Assembly (NCBI GenBank): GCA_002336035.1
Contig: DDED01000073.1
Coordinates: forward strand, 3,799 to 67,798
Length of the DNA: 64,000 bases
Direction: 5' to 3'
DNA from: Cellvibrionales bacterium UBA1963
Lineage (GTDB): Bacteria > Pseudomonadota > Gammaproteobacteria > Pseudomonadales > UBA7434
The number at the start of each line of letters is the position of its first letter. The first letter of the stretch is position 1. The notes beneath the pieces were generated by a model that was not told the DNA's origin, made no database searches, and worked only from the letters and a program-made list of their open reading frames with translations. Shown piece after piece: positions 1-10,397 of this stretch. The position numbers were made by a program, and so were the translations under genes.

Positions 1-1723
1 TCGATAAAACATCGCTTGGGCGCCATACCATTTCTAATTCAAAGCCATGACCTGATTGCTTTAACGCATTGGAGGCTGGCGTTCCAAATTGCACATCAAT
101 CAAATCTTTAATCTTGTAGTAAAATACGTTAAGTTTTAGATCGAGATCGTAACTTGGCCGGTAATCAAAGGCAATTTCATACGTGTCAATCACTTCAGGG
201 GCTAAGTTAGCATTGCCAATTAAAGACGGATTATTTTGCGCATAAAGTTCGCCAAATGACGGGGCTCGAAAGGCTCGGCCATACAAAAATTTGGTGGTAA
301 GGTTATAGGCTGTTGACCAAACTAATGCCAACCGCGGATTAACTGAATCACCAAATTGGTTAAAAGTATCGTACCGTAATCCGGCAGTTAATTCCCAGTC
401 ATTAGCAAACCGCCATTCGTCTTGAATAGAAAAAGAATAATGCTCGCGATTTTTATCGGGTGCATAGACCTCCGCGGTACCCGTGACATCGACTAGTGAC
501 TCAAAATCCGAAGTCATAAAATTAGTGATCGCAAAGTTTTTCGTTTCACTGGCGGTAAATTGTTGATAGCGAAAGCCAAGGGAAAATCGCAAATTATGCT
601 CGGTATTGCCACGGTAATAAGAGACCAGCTCACCAGAATAATTTTTTTGAAAGCCGCTGGGGTTGCCAAGCATGCCTTCAGAGAATTCAGCAGTAACAAG
701 ACCTGCTTCAGAGGGAAATTCAACTTTAGATCCAGGTGGCCGCAACATAAAGGTCGTGTCAGAATTGATGAAGGTCGCATCTAATTTTCCTTGTAACGAC
801 CAGTCATTATTTAACGGCCAGTCTTTAGTCGAGAAACTAGCACCTGAAAAATCGATTTTATCGGTGCCGATCGGATCCAGTGACTGAAAGCCTCCGGTAC
901 CTAAGCCCGCATTCGCAAGGTGCCAAGAAAAAAGATCCAGCCCCCATGAATCGGCACTGATCTTGATTTTGCTATTTATTAATTCGTGGTTTGTTGCCAT
1001 AGAACCAGGTGCCAGTGAAGCCTGTGAATTTAAATCCTGACCTTGATTAAACACACCGATTGCCTGAGATTGCGCATCCTCACTGATCACCCGATCTGTA
1101 TCGCCGTCAGTTTTCACGTGCTGAAAGGAAGCCGAGACTTGTAAATCACCAATATGCCCACTGCTATTGAGCCAAACTTCCCGTGAGCCAAACGATCCCG
1201 AGCTCGTCCCTACTTCATTGCCCGATTGATGCTGGGCAGTTTTCGTGGTGACGCTGATCACCCCCGCAAAGGCATCGGCACCGTAAACGGCTGAACCAGG
1301 CCCGCGAATGACTTCAATGCGCTCAATATTCGCAACTGGCAGTAAATAGTTGGGCGGACGGGCCCCCGAAAACAATTGATCAACGCGCACACCGTCAATG
1401 AGCAATAGCACTTGGGGGTTTTGACCCGTGTGAATGCCGCGTATCGAATAAATAGCATCTTGTCGATTAAACGATGCTGATACGTGTAAGCCAGGCACCA
1501 TTTCTAATGCTTGATCCAGCGTTTTAGCGCCACTGGTTTTGATGTCTCGAGCGGTGATGACCGTCGCAACAGAGGGTGCAAAGCGAACTTCTTTTGCGGT
1601 GCCTGTCGCAATAGTGATCAACTCGTCTTCATCATAAAGACCCACCAGATCATCGCCTACTTGCGCGAAACTCGCAAAACTGAAGAGTAAGAACATGAGA
1701 GTAATATACGTTGGATTTTGCAT
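1..1723 (-). CDS. TonB-dependent outer-membrane receptor (N-terminal ~574 aa; the gene runs off the left edge)
   Basis: Absent from the ORF track because it has no stop in the window. My translation from the ATG (complement of 1721-1723) gives MQNPTYITLMFLLFSFASFAQV (signal peptide), then plug-domain motifs ...VATVITARDIKTSGAKTLDQALEMVPGLHV...IRGPGSAVYGADAFAGVISVTTK. Barrel-type strands follow (RAFRAPSFGELY, NANLAPEVIDTYEIAFDY). The frame stays open to position 1. Confidence 0.85.
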   Translation of the reverse strand, partial: MQNPTYITLMFLLFSFASFAQVGDDLVGLYDEDELITIATGTAKEVRFAPSVATVITARDIKTSGAKTLDQALEMVPGLHVSASFNRQDAIYSIRGIHTGQNPQVLLLIDGVRVDQLFSGARPPNYLLPVANIERIEVIRGPGSAVYGADAFAGVISVTTKTAQHQSGNEVGTSSGSFGSREVWLNSSGHIGDLQVSASFQHVKTDGDTDRVISEDAQSQAIGVFNQGQDLNSQASLAPGSMATNHELINSKIKISADSWGLDLFSWHLANAGLGTGGFQSLDPIGTDKIDFSGASFSTKDWPLNNDWSLQGKLDATFINSDTTFMLRPPGSKVEFPSEAGLVTAEFSEGMLGNPSGFQKNYSGELVSYYRGNTEHNLRFSLGFRYQQFTASETKNFAITNFMTSDFESLVDVTGTAEVYAPDKNREHYSFSIQDEWRFANDWELTAGLRYDTFNQFGDSVNPRLALVWSTAYNLTTKFLYGRAFRAPSFGELYAQNNPSLIGNANLAPEVIDTYEIAFDYRPSYDLDLKLNVFYYKIKDLIDVQFGTPASNALKQSGHGFELEMVWRPSDVLS

Positions 1724-1773
1724 GGCAGTGGTCTCGTTAAACCCTTAAAGAAATATTTTTTTATATGCCAAAA

Positions 1774-1788
1774 TGATAAAAATCATCA
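1774..1788. promoter_or_regulatory. Fur-box-like palindrome upstream of the TonB-dependent receptor
   Basis: TGATAAAAATCATCA matches the 7-1-7 Fur consensus TGATAATNATTATCA at 12 of 14 specified positions. It lies 51-65 nt upstream of the receptor ATG and overlaps a plausible minus-strand promoter (TGATGA-17 nt-TATAAA). Confidence 0.45.
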
Positions 1789-1990
1789 TTCCCAAAAGCG
1801 GCCAGTGACACATAGTTCATGGCTATCGCTTCAAAAAGAGAATGCTCACCGCAATAAGGACCCTCTTCGAAATAAATTATAGGCTATTTTTAAGATTTCA
1901 CACTGCAAGATATAATACGCGATGGTTCAACGTAAACATTCTAAAACGGGAATTTTTTCCTATTTAGATCAATAAGATAAGTGACTGGAC

Positions 1991-3889
1991 TTAAGGCAGC
2001 TTGGCGAATTCAACACCGTGCTTGGCCTCTTGTAAAACTTCTAATCGGGTTTTCATTGGCGGCATTTCTTCGCCATCGATTATAAAATCGAGTAACATTG
2101 GGCCTGAAGGTGACTTAAAATCAGCCGGATCAATATCACTAAAATCCTCCCAACATTCAATTCTATGCGCTTTTACGCCCATGGCTTGAGCCATTTCAGC
2201 AAAGTTAACTGGGGGCAGCTCTGCCCCAATTTCCTCAGCCTTGTTCATTCGCTGGCCGTGTTTGACCATGCCATAAGCTTGGTCGTTCAAAATCACATAA
2301 ATAACAGGAAGTTGGTGCTCAATCGCCACCGTGATTTCTTGCCCAGACATCAGATAGGAACCATCACCCGTGATACAAACGACGGGCGCATGACGGTTTC
2401 CAAAAGCAGCGCCAATCACGGCACCAATAGCCCACCCCATCGCACCGAAGCCCATCGCGATATAAAACGAGTTTGCATTCGGAAGGTGCATGTAATGGGT
2501 CGCCCAGCTCCACGCGTTACCCGTATCGACAAAATATCGGCTGTTAGGGGCGCACTTTTCGGTCAAAGCAGCCATTAAGCGTTGCGGTTTTATGGGCAAG
2601 TCTTGACTCAGTAATTTTTCTGGCTCAAAAATCTCTATCTCAGCCGGTATCAACTGCGCCATGAACTGCTGACTGGAACGAGACGGTTGAAGCACATCAA
2701 GGCTTGCATGCGGGTAGGCTAAGTACTTGGGATCAAGCCCTGCAATCAATTTTGCAAATAAGGTATGCAAATTGCCGTAAACATGGAGATAAGCCATGGG
2801 CGACCGATCAAAACTCGCGACCGAGGACGCAATGTGCACAAGGCGATCATTCAATAACGCCTGCGTGTCCCAGCCGGCGGTATCTAACTCATTAAAACTA
2901 GTACCTACCGCTAAAACTAAATCAACGCCATCATCAATTAGTGCTCGCCGAGCACTTTCATGTCCAGCAAAACCAAACACACCGCAGTAGCGAGGGTGGC
3001 CTGAGCCCAACCAGCGCTTTCCTGCCGGAGAAGTCACGATATTGGCTTCAATTAAATCGGCAAAATGTAAAATTTGATCGGCCGCATCGCCACAATCTTC
3101 ACCTATAAAAAGGGTTATTTTACGAGCATTATGTCGTGTTTTTTCAACGGCGTTCAACAACGCTTGGTAACTTGAATCATCAACCGCAATAGGCTCTCTT
3201 AACAAAGTCGCCACATTAAAACTAGCGGCAGCATTCGGCACGGGCATCGATAAAATGTCAGCCGGAATACTCAAATGGACAGGGCCACGAGGGCGTCGAA
3301 AGGCCGTTGATAAGGCCGTGAATAATTTACCTTCTAATTGATCAGGATGCGAGACCAGTGAACTGTAGCGCGTACAGTGATCGAAAATAGACACTATGTC
3401 GACTAAATCACTCGACGACTCTTGAAACCCCCGCTGACCAAAGCTTGGCAACGCGGTTTGAGGCGTAATAACTAACATTGGCACGCGATCGACATAGGCA
3501 TTGGCAACGCCCGTCAATAAATTAGTGGCGCCAGGACCCGTGGTCGAGCAACAGACACCCAGTCGACCGGTTGATCGCGCATAACCGTCGGCCATAAACG
3601 CAGCGCCCGTCTCATGCCGAGCCACCACCATTTTTGGACCTGACAATGAGCGAGGCGTTTTGCGCTCAAGCGCACGGGAATGATGAACCGCTGCCTGAGG
3701 GATTTCGCCTTTGTGGCGCCGCGCTAAGGCATCAAAGAGGCCTTCGATAGCGCCACCGGGTATACCAAAAACATACTCAACATCGATTTGACTGAGGTAA
3801 TCAACAATCAAATCGGCATAAGTAAACGCAGGAGTGGCCGGGTTACCTGACGCTTGTTTTTTTTCAATAATCTTTTCTATTTCAGACAC
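1991..3889 (-). CDS. Thiamine-diphosphate enzyme, acetolactate-synthase large-subunit-like
   Basis: 632 aa. N-terminal ThDP-pyrimidine domain (VFGIPGGAIEGLFDAL...RHETGAAFMADGYAR...TTGPGATNLLTGVANAY) and C-terminal GDGS...N ThDP-binding motif (ITGDGSYLMSGQEITVA...ILNDQAYGMV). No small-subunit gene is adjacent. Confidence 0.8.
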   Translation of the reverse strand: MSEIEKIIEKKQASGNPATPAFTYADLIVDYLSQIDVEYVFGIPGGAIEGLFDALARRHKGEIPQAAVHHSRALERKTPRSLSGPKMVVARHETGAAFMADGYARSTGRLGVCCSTTGPGATNLLTGVANAYVDRVPMLVITPQTALPSFGQRGFQESSSDLVDIVSIFDHCTRYSSLVSHPDQLEGKLFTALSTAFRRPRGPVHLSIPADILSMPVPNAAASFNVATLLREPIAVDDSSYQALLNAVEKTRHNARKITLFIGEDCGDAADQILHFADLIEANIVTSPAGKRWLGSGHPRYCGVFGFAGHESARRALIDDGVDLVLAVGTSFNELDTAGWDTQALLNDRLVHIASSVASFDRSPMAYLHVYGNLHTLFAKLIAGLDPKYLAYPHASLDVLQPSRSSQQFMAQLIPAEIEIFEPEKLLSQDLPIKPQRLMAALTEKCAPNSRYFVDTGNAWSWATHYMHLPNANSFYIAMGFGAMGWAIGAVIGAAFGNRHAPVVCITGDGSYLMSGQEITVAIEHQLPVIYVILNDQAYGMVKHGQRMNKAEEIGAELPPVNFAEMAQAMGVKAHRIECWEDFSDIDPADFKSPSGPMLLDFIIDGEEMPPMKTRLEVLQEAKHGVEFAKLP

Positions 3890-4217
3890 TTAATGTCCCT
3901 TAAGCTTGAATAAAAGCTGGCGAAATACATTTGAAACACCTTTTGTTGACCGCTCTATATATTTCAAAGAGTAATATTCCGTGCTTTACCTACTATACGA
4001 ACTATTTTTACAGCCTTACCTTCATTTTGTCATGTAAATTATTGGTTTTAATGAATTATTTACAAAGGTGCTAAAAATTAAACAAATATTGCCTGCAAAT
4101 TACTGAATATCTGCCAAACTTAATATTCACGGTAACGATTTTTATAGCATGAGTAATACAGGCACACAATTTGCTTGGTCGCCAATAACGGTTTACTGCT
4201 AGGGATAATGCAAGCCA

Positions 4218-5243
4218 TTGATTCATATAAAGACAACTAATCAACCGCTCTGCCAATCGAGTAAACACGCGCTGCACCTCTTATTACAACGTGCAGCTTG
4301 CCTGATTCTGTTCGTCATAATTAGCTCTGTTAGCCGTGCCAACGATACCCTTGCAGCCAGCACCTTTCATAGCAACGCTACCAACGACACTCCGATAAAA
4401 ACCCTGCTCATCATGCCCACAGTGACGGGCATGGCTAAAGCGGTCTATGCGGATGTGGCTAAGGGCATTGCGTCTAATCACGACCTTGATATTTCTACGC
4501 TAATGGTCGATAAAGAATCATCCATTGGGATGGTCGAACAGCACATCCTCAAGCATAAAAGTGAACTAGTGATTGCGCTCGGCAATACCAGTTATCACTT
4601 AGCCAAATTATTGCCCATGGACACACTCGTCATTGCTGGAGGGATTACTGGAAATCAGTCATTTAGACCTACGCTTAGTTTATCCAGCGATCCTGAAGCG
4701 GCGTTAAAAGAACTTAAACGCGTCGCGCCTCACATAGAAGATGTCATGCTTGTGTATAACGAGTCACTAAATGGTTGGTGGTTTGATCAAGCACAAAAAA
4801 TAGCCCCAAAGTATGGTTTTACAGTCATTGGTTACAACGCTACAAATATAAAGGTAGGGGTTCAATCATACAAACAGTTATTAGATGATGCCAAGCCGAA
4901 CACTTCAGCTGTCTGGCTGCCACTAAGAAATATAGTGCCATCCAAAACCATACTTCCTATGTTACTCCAACGTGCATGGAGTAAAAAGCTTGCCGTTTTT
5001 TCTAATAACCCATCACACACTAAACTCGGTGGCTTAATGGCAATCTATCCTGAACATCAAAAAATGGGTGGCCAACTTGCGGCTTTTGCTTCCGACCACT
5101 TTAACGGTAAAACCCATGACACTATTGTTGGAACAGAAGATCTTCGTGTTGCTATAAATTTACGAACCAGTTCACATATTGGCATTCGATTAAGCACAGC
5201 AGATCGAGCAGAATTTGACAAAGTATTTCCGACACAACGTTAG
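4218..5243 (+). CDS. Periplasmic substrate-binding-like protein (ABC_sub_bind-type), probable partner of the downstream kinase
   Basis: 341 aa with a TTG start. Signal-peptide-like segment LLLQRAACLILFVIISSVSRA|ND. The overall pattern resembles periplasmic binding proteins that pair with sensor kinases. The stop is 13 nt before the kinase start. Confidence 0.5.
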   Translation: MIHIKTTNQPLCQSSKHALHLLLQRAACLILFVIISSVSRANDTLAASTFHSNATNDTPIKTLLIMPTVTGMAKAVYADVAKGIASNHDLDISTLMVDKESSIGMVEQHILKHKSELVIALGNTSYHLAKLLPMDTLVIAGGITGNQSFRPTLSLSSDPEAALKELKRVAPHIEDVMLVYNESLNGWWFDQAQKIAPKYGFTVIGYNATNIKVGVQSYKQLLDDAKPNTSAVWLPLRNIVPSKTILPMLLQRAWSKKLAVFSNNPSHTKLGGLMAIYPEHQKMGGQLAAFASDHFNGKTHDTIVGTEDLRVAINLRTSSHIGIRLSTADRAEFDKVFPTQR

Positions 5244-5256
5244 TCAAGGAGGATAA

Positions 5257-6876
5257 ATGAATCGCATACAATCAATTACTGCCTCCTTACATCGACGAAA
5301 AAAAAGAGAGAACGTCAAACCTGAAAGCTTTCAAAAAAAGCTTTTTATCAACTTTGCCATTACTGGCTTTATTATCGCTATTGCCGCTGCATTTGCCTAT
5401 TCCTATATTGCCAGCAATATGATTGCTAAGTTTTATGAGCGCGAGGGCTTGCAGGCTACCGAGCACTTCGCCCAACTCAGTGAGCTCGCGTTAATTTATG
5501 AAAGCGGTGAAAATGCAAAAGAAGCGGCGCTAGCCACCTTAAACTACCCTAGCGTTAAGCATGTTGCAGTAATCAGCGACAGCAATATTGTCCTCTTAGA
5601 CAAGGGTGAAACTACCGAGGAAATACTCTCATCACTGGAAAAAAATGACTGGCAAAATAAGACTGCAAAAATTTTTTCTAGCGGCCAAACAACATGGCAA
5701 ATTGCTGCACCGGTTTTCACATCCTATAATGAAGATGACAGTAGCTTTGGCCTTAATAATGAAGGTATCGAAGAAATATACCTGGGCTATGTTGCCTTAC
5801 AAATTGATACGTCTGAATTACGTGACTTTCAACTATTACTATTTATTCGAAACCTTGGCCTTGGTTTAGGCTACGGTCTCGTATTCGCATCGCTATTAAT
5901 TCTTACCTTGCGGCGGCTATTAAAGCCAATGAATAAGCTTACTAAAGTGATGGAGCAAACGTCAGACGGAATCTATAAAATTTCTGATATTGATGACAAC
6001 GCATCCAAAGAAATCATTAAAGTTGCCGAAGTTTACAACCAAATGATTTCTAACCTAGCAGAACGCGATCAGAAATTGCGTAGCCAGAAAAATCTACTTA
6101 AAACAGAGGTCGCTTTAAGAACGAGTGAGTTAGTCCAAGCAAGAGATGCTGCTCTCGAGGCAAACCAGCACAAAACAGAGTTTCTTGCCAATGTCACCCA
6201 TGAACTTCGTACGCCGCTACAAAGCATTATTGGCTATTCAGAGGTTGTTAAAGAATTAATGCTTGATGAGGGTGTGATGAACACGCAAAAAGACCTCGAT
6301 AAAATCACTCATAACGCCGACCACTTGTTAAGTTTAATTAATTCGATTTTAGACATTTCTAAAATCGAAGCAGGAAAAATGGAGCTGAATAATCAACACA
6401 TAAATATTAATGAATTATTAAAAACAGTGGCTGATACCATTGCACCACTCATCGAAAAAAATAATAACCAATTAATTATTGATGCCGAAAGCATCCAGCA
6501 AGATATTTATATTGATCAGAAGAAATTATTTCAAGTGTTATTGAACTTACTGAGCAATGCCGCTAAATTTACTCAGCAAGGCTCCATTCAATTACTAGCG
6601 AAAATTGATCGGAATGCACTCACCATCGATGTCATCGACAGCGGCATTGGAATTAGCCCAGAGCAACAAGCCATTATTTTTGAGCCCTTTAGACAGATTG
6701 ATGGCAGTGAAACGAGAAAGTTTGTGGGCACTGGGCTCGGCCTCTCGATAGCCATGCACTTTGCTCAATTAATTGGCGGCACTATTAGTCTGACTAGCCA
6801 GGTAGGAGAAGGGTCATGCTTCCAATTGGCACTACCTATAACCCAGCAATTACCGATCACTTCAGCAGCAAATTAA
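5257..6876 (+). CDS. Sensor histidine kinase (2 TM helices, periplasmic domain, HAMP, HisKA, HATPase_c)
   Basis: 539 aa. H-box FLANVTHELRTPLQSIIGYSE, N-box LLNLLSNAAKFT, G-boxes DSGIGI and GTGLGLSI. No receiver domain and no response-regulator gene nearby. Confidence 0.9.
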   Translation: MNRIQSITASLHRRKKRENVKPESFQKKLFINFAITGFIIAIAAAFAYSYIASNMIAKFYEREGLQATEHFAQLSELALIYESGENAKEAALATLNYPSVKHVAVISDSNIVLLDKGETTEEILSSLEKNDWQNKTAKIFSSGQTTWQIAAPVFTSYNEDDSSFGLNNEGIEEIYLGYVALQIDTSELRDFQLLLFIRNLGLGLGYGLVFASLLILTLRRLLKPMNKLTKVMEQTSDGIYKISDIDDNASKEIIKVAEVYNQMISNLAERDQKLRSQKNLLKTEVALRTSELVQARDAALEANQHKTEFLANVTHELRTPLQSIIGYSEVVKELMLDEGVMNTQKDLDKITHNADHLLSLINSILDISKIEAGKMELNNQHININELLKTVADTIAPLIEKNNNQLIIDAESIQQDIYIDQKKLFQVLLNLLSNAAKFTQQGSIQLLAKIDRNALTIDVIDSGIGISPEQQAIIFEPFRQIDGSETRKFVGTGLGLSIAMHFAQLIGGTISLTSQVGEGSCFQLALPITQQLPITSAAN

Positions 6877-6878
6877 CG

Positions 6879-7610
6879 TCACTGCTTTTTTATTCCTGGC
6901 CAAAAAAGACTAATAAACCAAACCCAAAATGAGTTGCCTTCCAATACCATACGATCAATCTGATCGTATTCTTTTATATGCTCTAGCGGGTCAGCAAAAA
7001 AATCACCGCGCGTCTTAAACCCTTGCTCGGGATCAAGGTCACGCACTTTAACAGCTGGGTTGCCCGCCACAATCGTATTCGAGGGTACATTTTTTGTCAC
7101 CACTGAACCCGCAGCAACAATACTATTTTTACCAATATGGACACCTTTTAAAACAGTGGCATGATCACCAATCCACACATTATCTTCTATAACTACAGGC
7201 TTACTAGCTTGATCGCGACTCATACGGTCATAAATACCGTGCCAATCAGAGTCAGTTATATACGCGCCATTGGCGAACATACAACTTTCACCAATTGTGA
7301 TCTTATTTGCTGCGCTCATCCTGACACCCGGTGATATCATGACGTAACGACCGATGATGATCTCGCCTTCACCTTCACTTACGCCCCAAACGCCGATAGA
7401 AACATGGCGATCAGGCTCAGCGACTATCGTTGCGCAATCACCTAAAGAAATACCATCACCATTGATTTTTATATGCCACGGACGCATAAAAGTGCCAAAT
7501 TGTCCTAAAGATTTAAATCGAGGTCGCAAAAAGTATTCAGCATACCCACTGCGTAATCTTAAGTAGGTCTTTTTAATCCAATAAGGTCGATAATCTTTCT
7601 GCATTATCAC
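6879..7610 (-). CDS. Hexapeptide-repeat (LbH) acyl/acetyltransferase
   Basis: 243 aa. Left-handed beta-helix repeats ([48 protein letters not shown]). Confidence 0.75.
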   Translation of the reverse strand: [243 protein letters not shown]

Positions 7611-7738
7611 GGTCCCCAGCGTATTTACTTCGACTTAACTCTCAAGCCATCAATATCTAATGGTATACTATGCCATAATATAAACCATTAAATAAACATG
7701 CTGGCGATTGTTTATTATGACCGACTGCAGCCATTAAT

Positions 7739-8428
7739 ATGGAATACTCTTCAAAAAGTGTTAACAGCAACCAAGCTGGACCTCATGAAAAGGTCGGTGA
7801 GATTGTATTGAAACACTGGCATTCTGAGTTTAAGCGGCCCATCGCAGAACACAATTATCTGGCCTACCAAAAAGCAAAAGCATCGATAAATAGATCCTCG
7901 ATTATATTTGATTCAGGCTGTGGGAACGGCAACAGCACGGCAAATTTAGCCGCACAATACCCTGACTCTTTTATCATTGGTATTGATAAATCCCTGTCTC
8001 GACTGACGAGGAATACCGATAACTGGCATCGATCAGGCCAAGACAAAAACTTTATTTTAGTAAGGGCTGACCTAATTGACTTTTGGCGTTTAGCTGCAGA
8101 TGACAATATAAAGTTACTGCGTCACTTTATACTCTACCCGAACCCATGGCCAAAAAAACAACACGTTAAACGACGCTGGCACACATCGCCAATGCTTAAA
8201 ACGATCATGTCTTTAGGCGGTCAGCTTGAAGTACGAAGTAATTGGCCTGTCTACATCGACGAATTTTCGTCCGCATTATCAATATTTCATTTCTGTAGCC
8301 AAAAGAAAATACTAACATTGGATTTCGCACAATGCCTGTCTGACTTTGAAAAAAAATATCATCAAAGTAATCACACACTTTGGCAGTTAACCGCTGATCT
8401 AAGTATTGACAGTCATCACCATGCTTAA
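7739..8428 (+). CDS. TrmB-like SAM-dependent methyltransferase (tRNA m7G46 methyltransferase family)
   Basis: 229 aa. SAM motif FDSGCGNGNS plus the family motif YPNPWPKKQHVKRRW. Confidence 0.6.
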   Translation: MEYSSKSVNSNQAGPHEKVGEIVLKHWHSEFKRPIAEHNYLAYQKAKASINRSSIIFDSGCGNGNSTANLAAQYPDSFIIGIDKSLSRLTRNTDNWHRSGQDKNFILVRADLIDFWRLAADDNIKLLRHFILYPNPWPKKQHVKRRWHTSPMLKTIMSLGGQLEVRSNWPVYIDEFSSALSIFHFCSQKKILTLDFAQCLSDFEKKYHQSNHTLWQLTADLSIDSHHHA

Positions 8429-8485
8429 CAACATTAGTTGGGCATTAAAGCCAGACCTTGCACCTTCATTATATGGAGATCTTAA

Positions 8486-9304
8486 ATGACTAATCATCCG
8501 CCACTTCCTTCAGACGCTGAATTTGCAAGTGAAAAAATAAAAACGTGGGAATGCATTTTAACTGAGGCTAAAAAAGAAGCCGATGCCGAACATTTATTGG
8601 CCAGTTTCTTATATAAAACTATTCTCGATCATGACGATTTCTCATCGGCCTTATCTTTTCATTTATCTAACTTACTGTGCAATACCACGGCTTCTGCTTA
8701 CTCGTTACAAGAAATAATTAACGAGTCATACGGTAACGACAGCACTATCATTGACGCGGCTTTTAGCGATATTTTAGCCATTCGAAATCGCGATTCTGCA
8801 TGCAGCGAATGTGGCACGCCTTTTTTGTATTACAAAGGGTTTCATGCGCTACAAGCTTTTCGTGTCGCAAATTGGCTGTGGCATCAGCAACGCCGCGAGT
8901 TTGCACTATTTTTACAAAGCCGAATTTCGACCTGTTTTAGTGTGGATATTCACCCAGCTGCCACTGTAGGTTATGGCCTAATGCTTGACCATGCAACAGG
9001 CATTGTCATTGGGGAAACCAGTGTTATCGGTGATAATGTTTCGATTATGCAATCTGTGACGCTTGGCGGTACGGGTAAAGAAACCAAAGATCGTCATCCA
9101 AAAATAGGCGCTGGCGTGTTAATCGGTGCCGGCAGTAAAATCTTAGGGAACATACATATCGGCGAGGGTGCAAAAGTCGGCGCAGGCAGTGTTGTGCTAA
9201 ACGATGTCCCTGCGCACTCAATGGTGACTGGCGTGCCGGCGGTAGTGATCGGTCAGCCCGATGAGCAAATGCCGTCATTATCAATGAACCAAAATCTCAA
9301 TTAG
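8486..9304 (+). CDS. cysE: Serine O-acetyltransferase
   Basis: 272 aa. SATase N-terminal helical domain followed by hexapeptide repeats (IHPAATVGYGLMLDHATGIVIGETSVIGDNVSIMQSVTLGGTGKE..DRHPKIGAGVLIGAGSKILGNI). Confidence 0.85.
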   Translation: MTNHPPLPSDAEFASEKIKTWECILTEAKKEADAEHLLASFLYKTILDHDDFSSALSFHLSNLLCNTTASAYSLQEIINESYGNDSTIIDAAFSDILAIRNRDSACSECGTPFLYYKGFHALQAFRVANWLWHQQRREFALFLQSRISTCFSVDIHPAATVGYGLMLDHATGIVIGETSVIGDNVSIMQSVTLGGTGKETKDRHPKIGAGVLIGAGSKILGNIHIGEGAKVGAGSVVLNDVPAHSMVTGVPAVVIGQPDEQMPSLSMNQNLN

Positions 9305-9323
9305 GCAACGACAGTAAAAAATA

Positions 9324-10397
9324 CTAAAGGTGATAGCTCGGAGAAAACTTTTTTACCGCGGCAATAAACGCCGCTGCATGTTCGGGGTCAACATCGGGAG
9401 TAATACCATGACCCAGATTAAAAATATGGCCATCACCTGGACCATGTTGACCATAAGACGTTAAGAGTCGCTTAACTTCTTGTTCGATGACAGGAATAGG
9501 TGCGAGTAAAATGCTGGGGTCCATATTGCCTTGTAAAGCAACTTTATTCCCGATCTGAGCCTTTGCTGCACCGAGATCGACCGTCCAATCAAGACCCACG
9601 GCATGACAACCGCATTCACTGATTGCGTCTAGCCATGGCCCGCCACCTTTGGTAAATGCAATAACTGGAACCACACTTCCATCCGGTCGGTCAGTGTTTA
9701 GTCCCTGAATGATTTTCTGAATATAAGCCAGTGAAAACTCTAAGTAACTGGCATGGCTCAGAACACCGCCCCAGGTATCAAATATTTGCACAACTTGCGC
9801 ACCGGCCTCAATCTGCGCATTCAAATAATCAGTAACAACTATGGCTAACTTATCTAACAATAGATGCATCGCGATTGGATTGCCGTACAGTAATCGCTTA
9901 ATTTTTTTGAACTCACGGGTTGAGCCACCTTCAACCATGTAAGTTGCTAGGGTCCATGGACTTCCAGTAAAACCAATTAAAGGCACTGAACCATCTAAAA
10001 CTTGACGAATCATCGACACCGCGTCCATCACGTATTGCAAATCGCCAAGCACGTCGATCGGCAAATTCTCAATAGCTGCTTGCGAACTGAGCGGGCGTTC
10101 GAATTTAGGCCCTTCTCCCTCGGCAAAATACAACCCGAGCCCCATTGCATCAGGTATGGTTAAAATATCAGAAAATAAAATAGCTGCGTCGAGAGGGAAT
10201 CTTGCCAAGGGCTGTAAAGTCACTTCCGTCGCCAACTCTGTGTTTTTGCATAGCGATAAGAAATCACCCGCTTTAGCTCGCGTTTCTCGGTACTCTGGCA
10301 AATAGCGTCCGGCTTGTCGCATCAGCCATACGGGCGTCTCATCAACCGGTTGACGAAGTAGAGCTTTGATAAAACGATCATTTTTTAATGCTGCCAT
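9324..10397 (-). CDS. hemE: Uroporphyrinogen decarboxylase
   Basis: 357 aa. N-terminus [32 protein letters not shown] is the canonical HemE signature. Confidence 0.95.
   Translation of the reverse strand: MAALKNDRFIKALLRQPVDETPVWLMRQAGRYLPEYRETRAKAGDFLSLCKNTELATEVTLQPLARFPLDAAILFSDILTIPDAMGLGLYFAEGEGPKFERPLSSQAAIENLPIDVLGDLQYVMDAVSMIRQVLDGSVPLIGFTGSPWTLATYMVEGGSTREFKKIKRLLYGNPIAMHLLLDKLAIVVTDYLNAQIEAGAQVVQIFDTWGGVLSHASYLEFSLAYIQKIIQGLNTDRPDGSVVPVIAFTKGGGPWLDAISECGCHAVGLDWTVDLGAAKAQIGNKVALQGNMDPSILLAPIPVIEQEVKRLLTSYGQHGPGDGHIFNLGHGITPDVDPEHAAAFIAAVKKFSPSYHL

Noticed and set aside
1724-1990. Cobalamin-riboswitch-like fragments in the receptor leader on the minus strand. GTCACTGGCCGCTTTTGGGAATGA resembles the CACTG...GGGAAG region, and GAGACCACTGCC resembles the B12 box.
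   Set aside because: The 5' GGGAA..GGTG..AA..CC core and the CCCGC element are not recognisable. The B12-box-like string has an insertion and abuts the ATG. A Fur box explains the region better. Only an Infernal/Rfam scan (RF00174) could revive this idea.
6874-6881. Many convergent gene pairs with almost no spacer or with overlapping stops: 6876/6879, 9304/9324, 21501-21504, 37879-37882 and 58073/58083.
   Set aside because: I considered this as a sign of antisense regulation or unusual termination. It recurs throughout the housekeeping part of the window, so it more likely reflects general genome compactness than a specific system.
9239-9250. GGCGGTAG string resembling the ops/JUMPstart element of LPS operons.
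   Set aside because: It lies inside the cysE coding sequence (encoding ...GVPAVVIG...), far from the LPS locus. The following bases do not fit the ops consensus, so this is a chance match.
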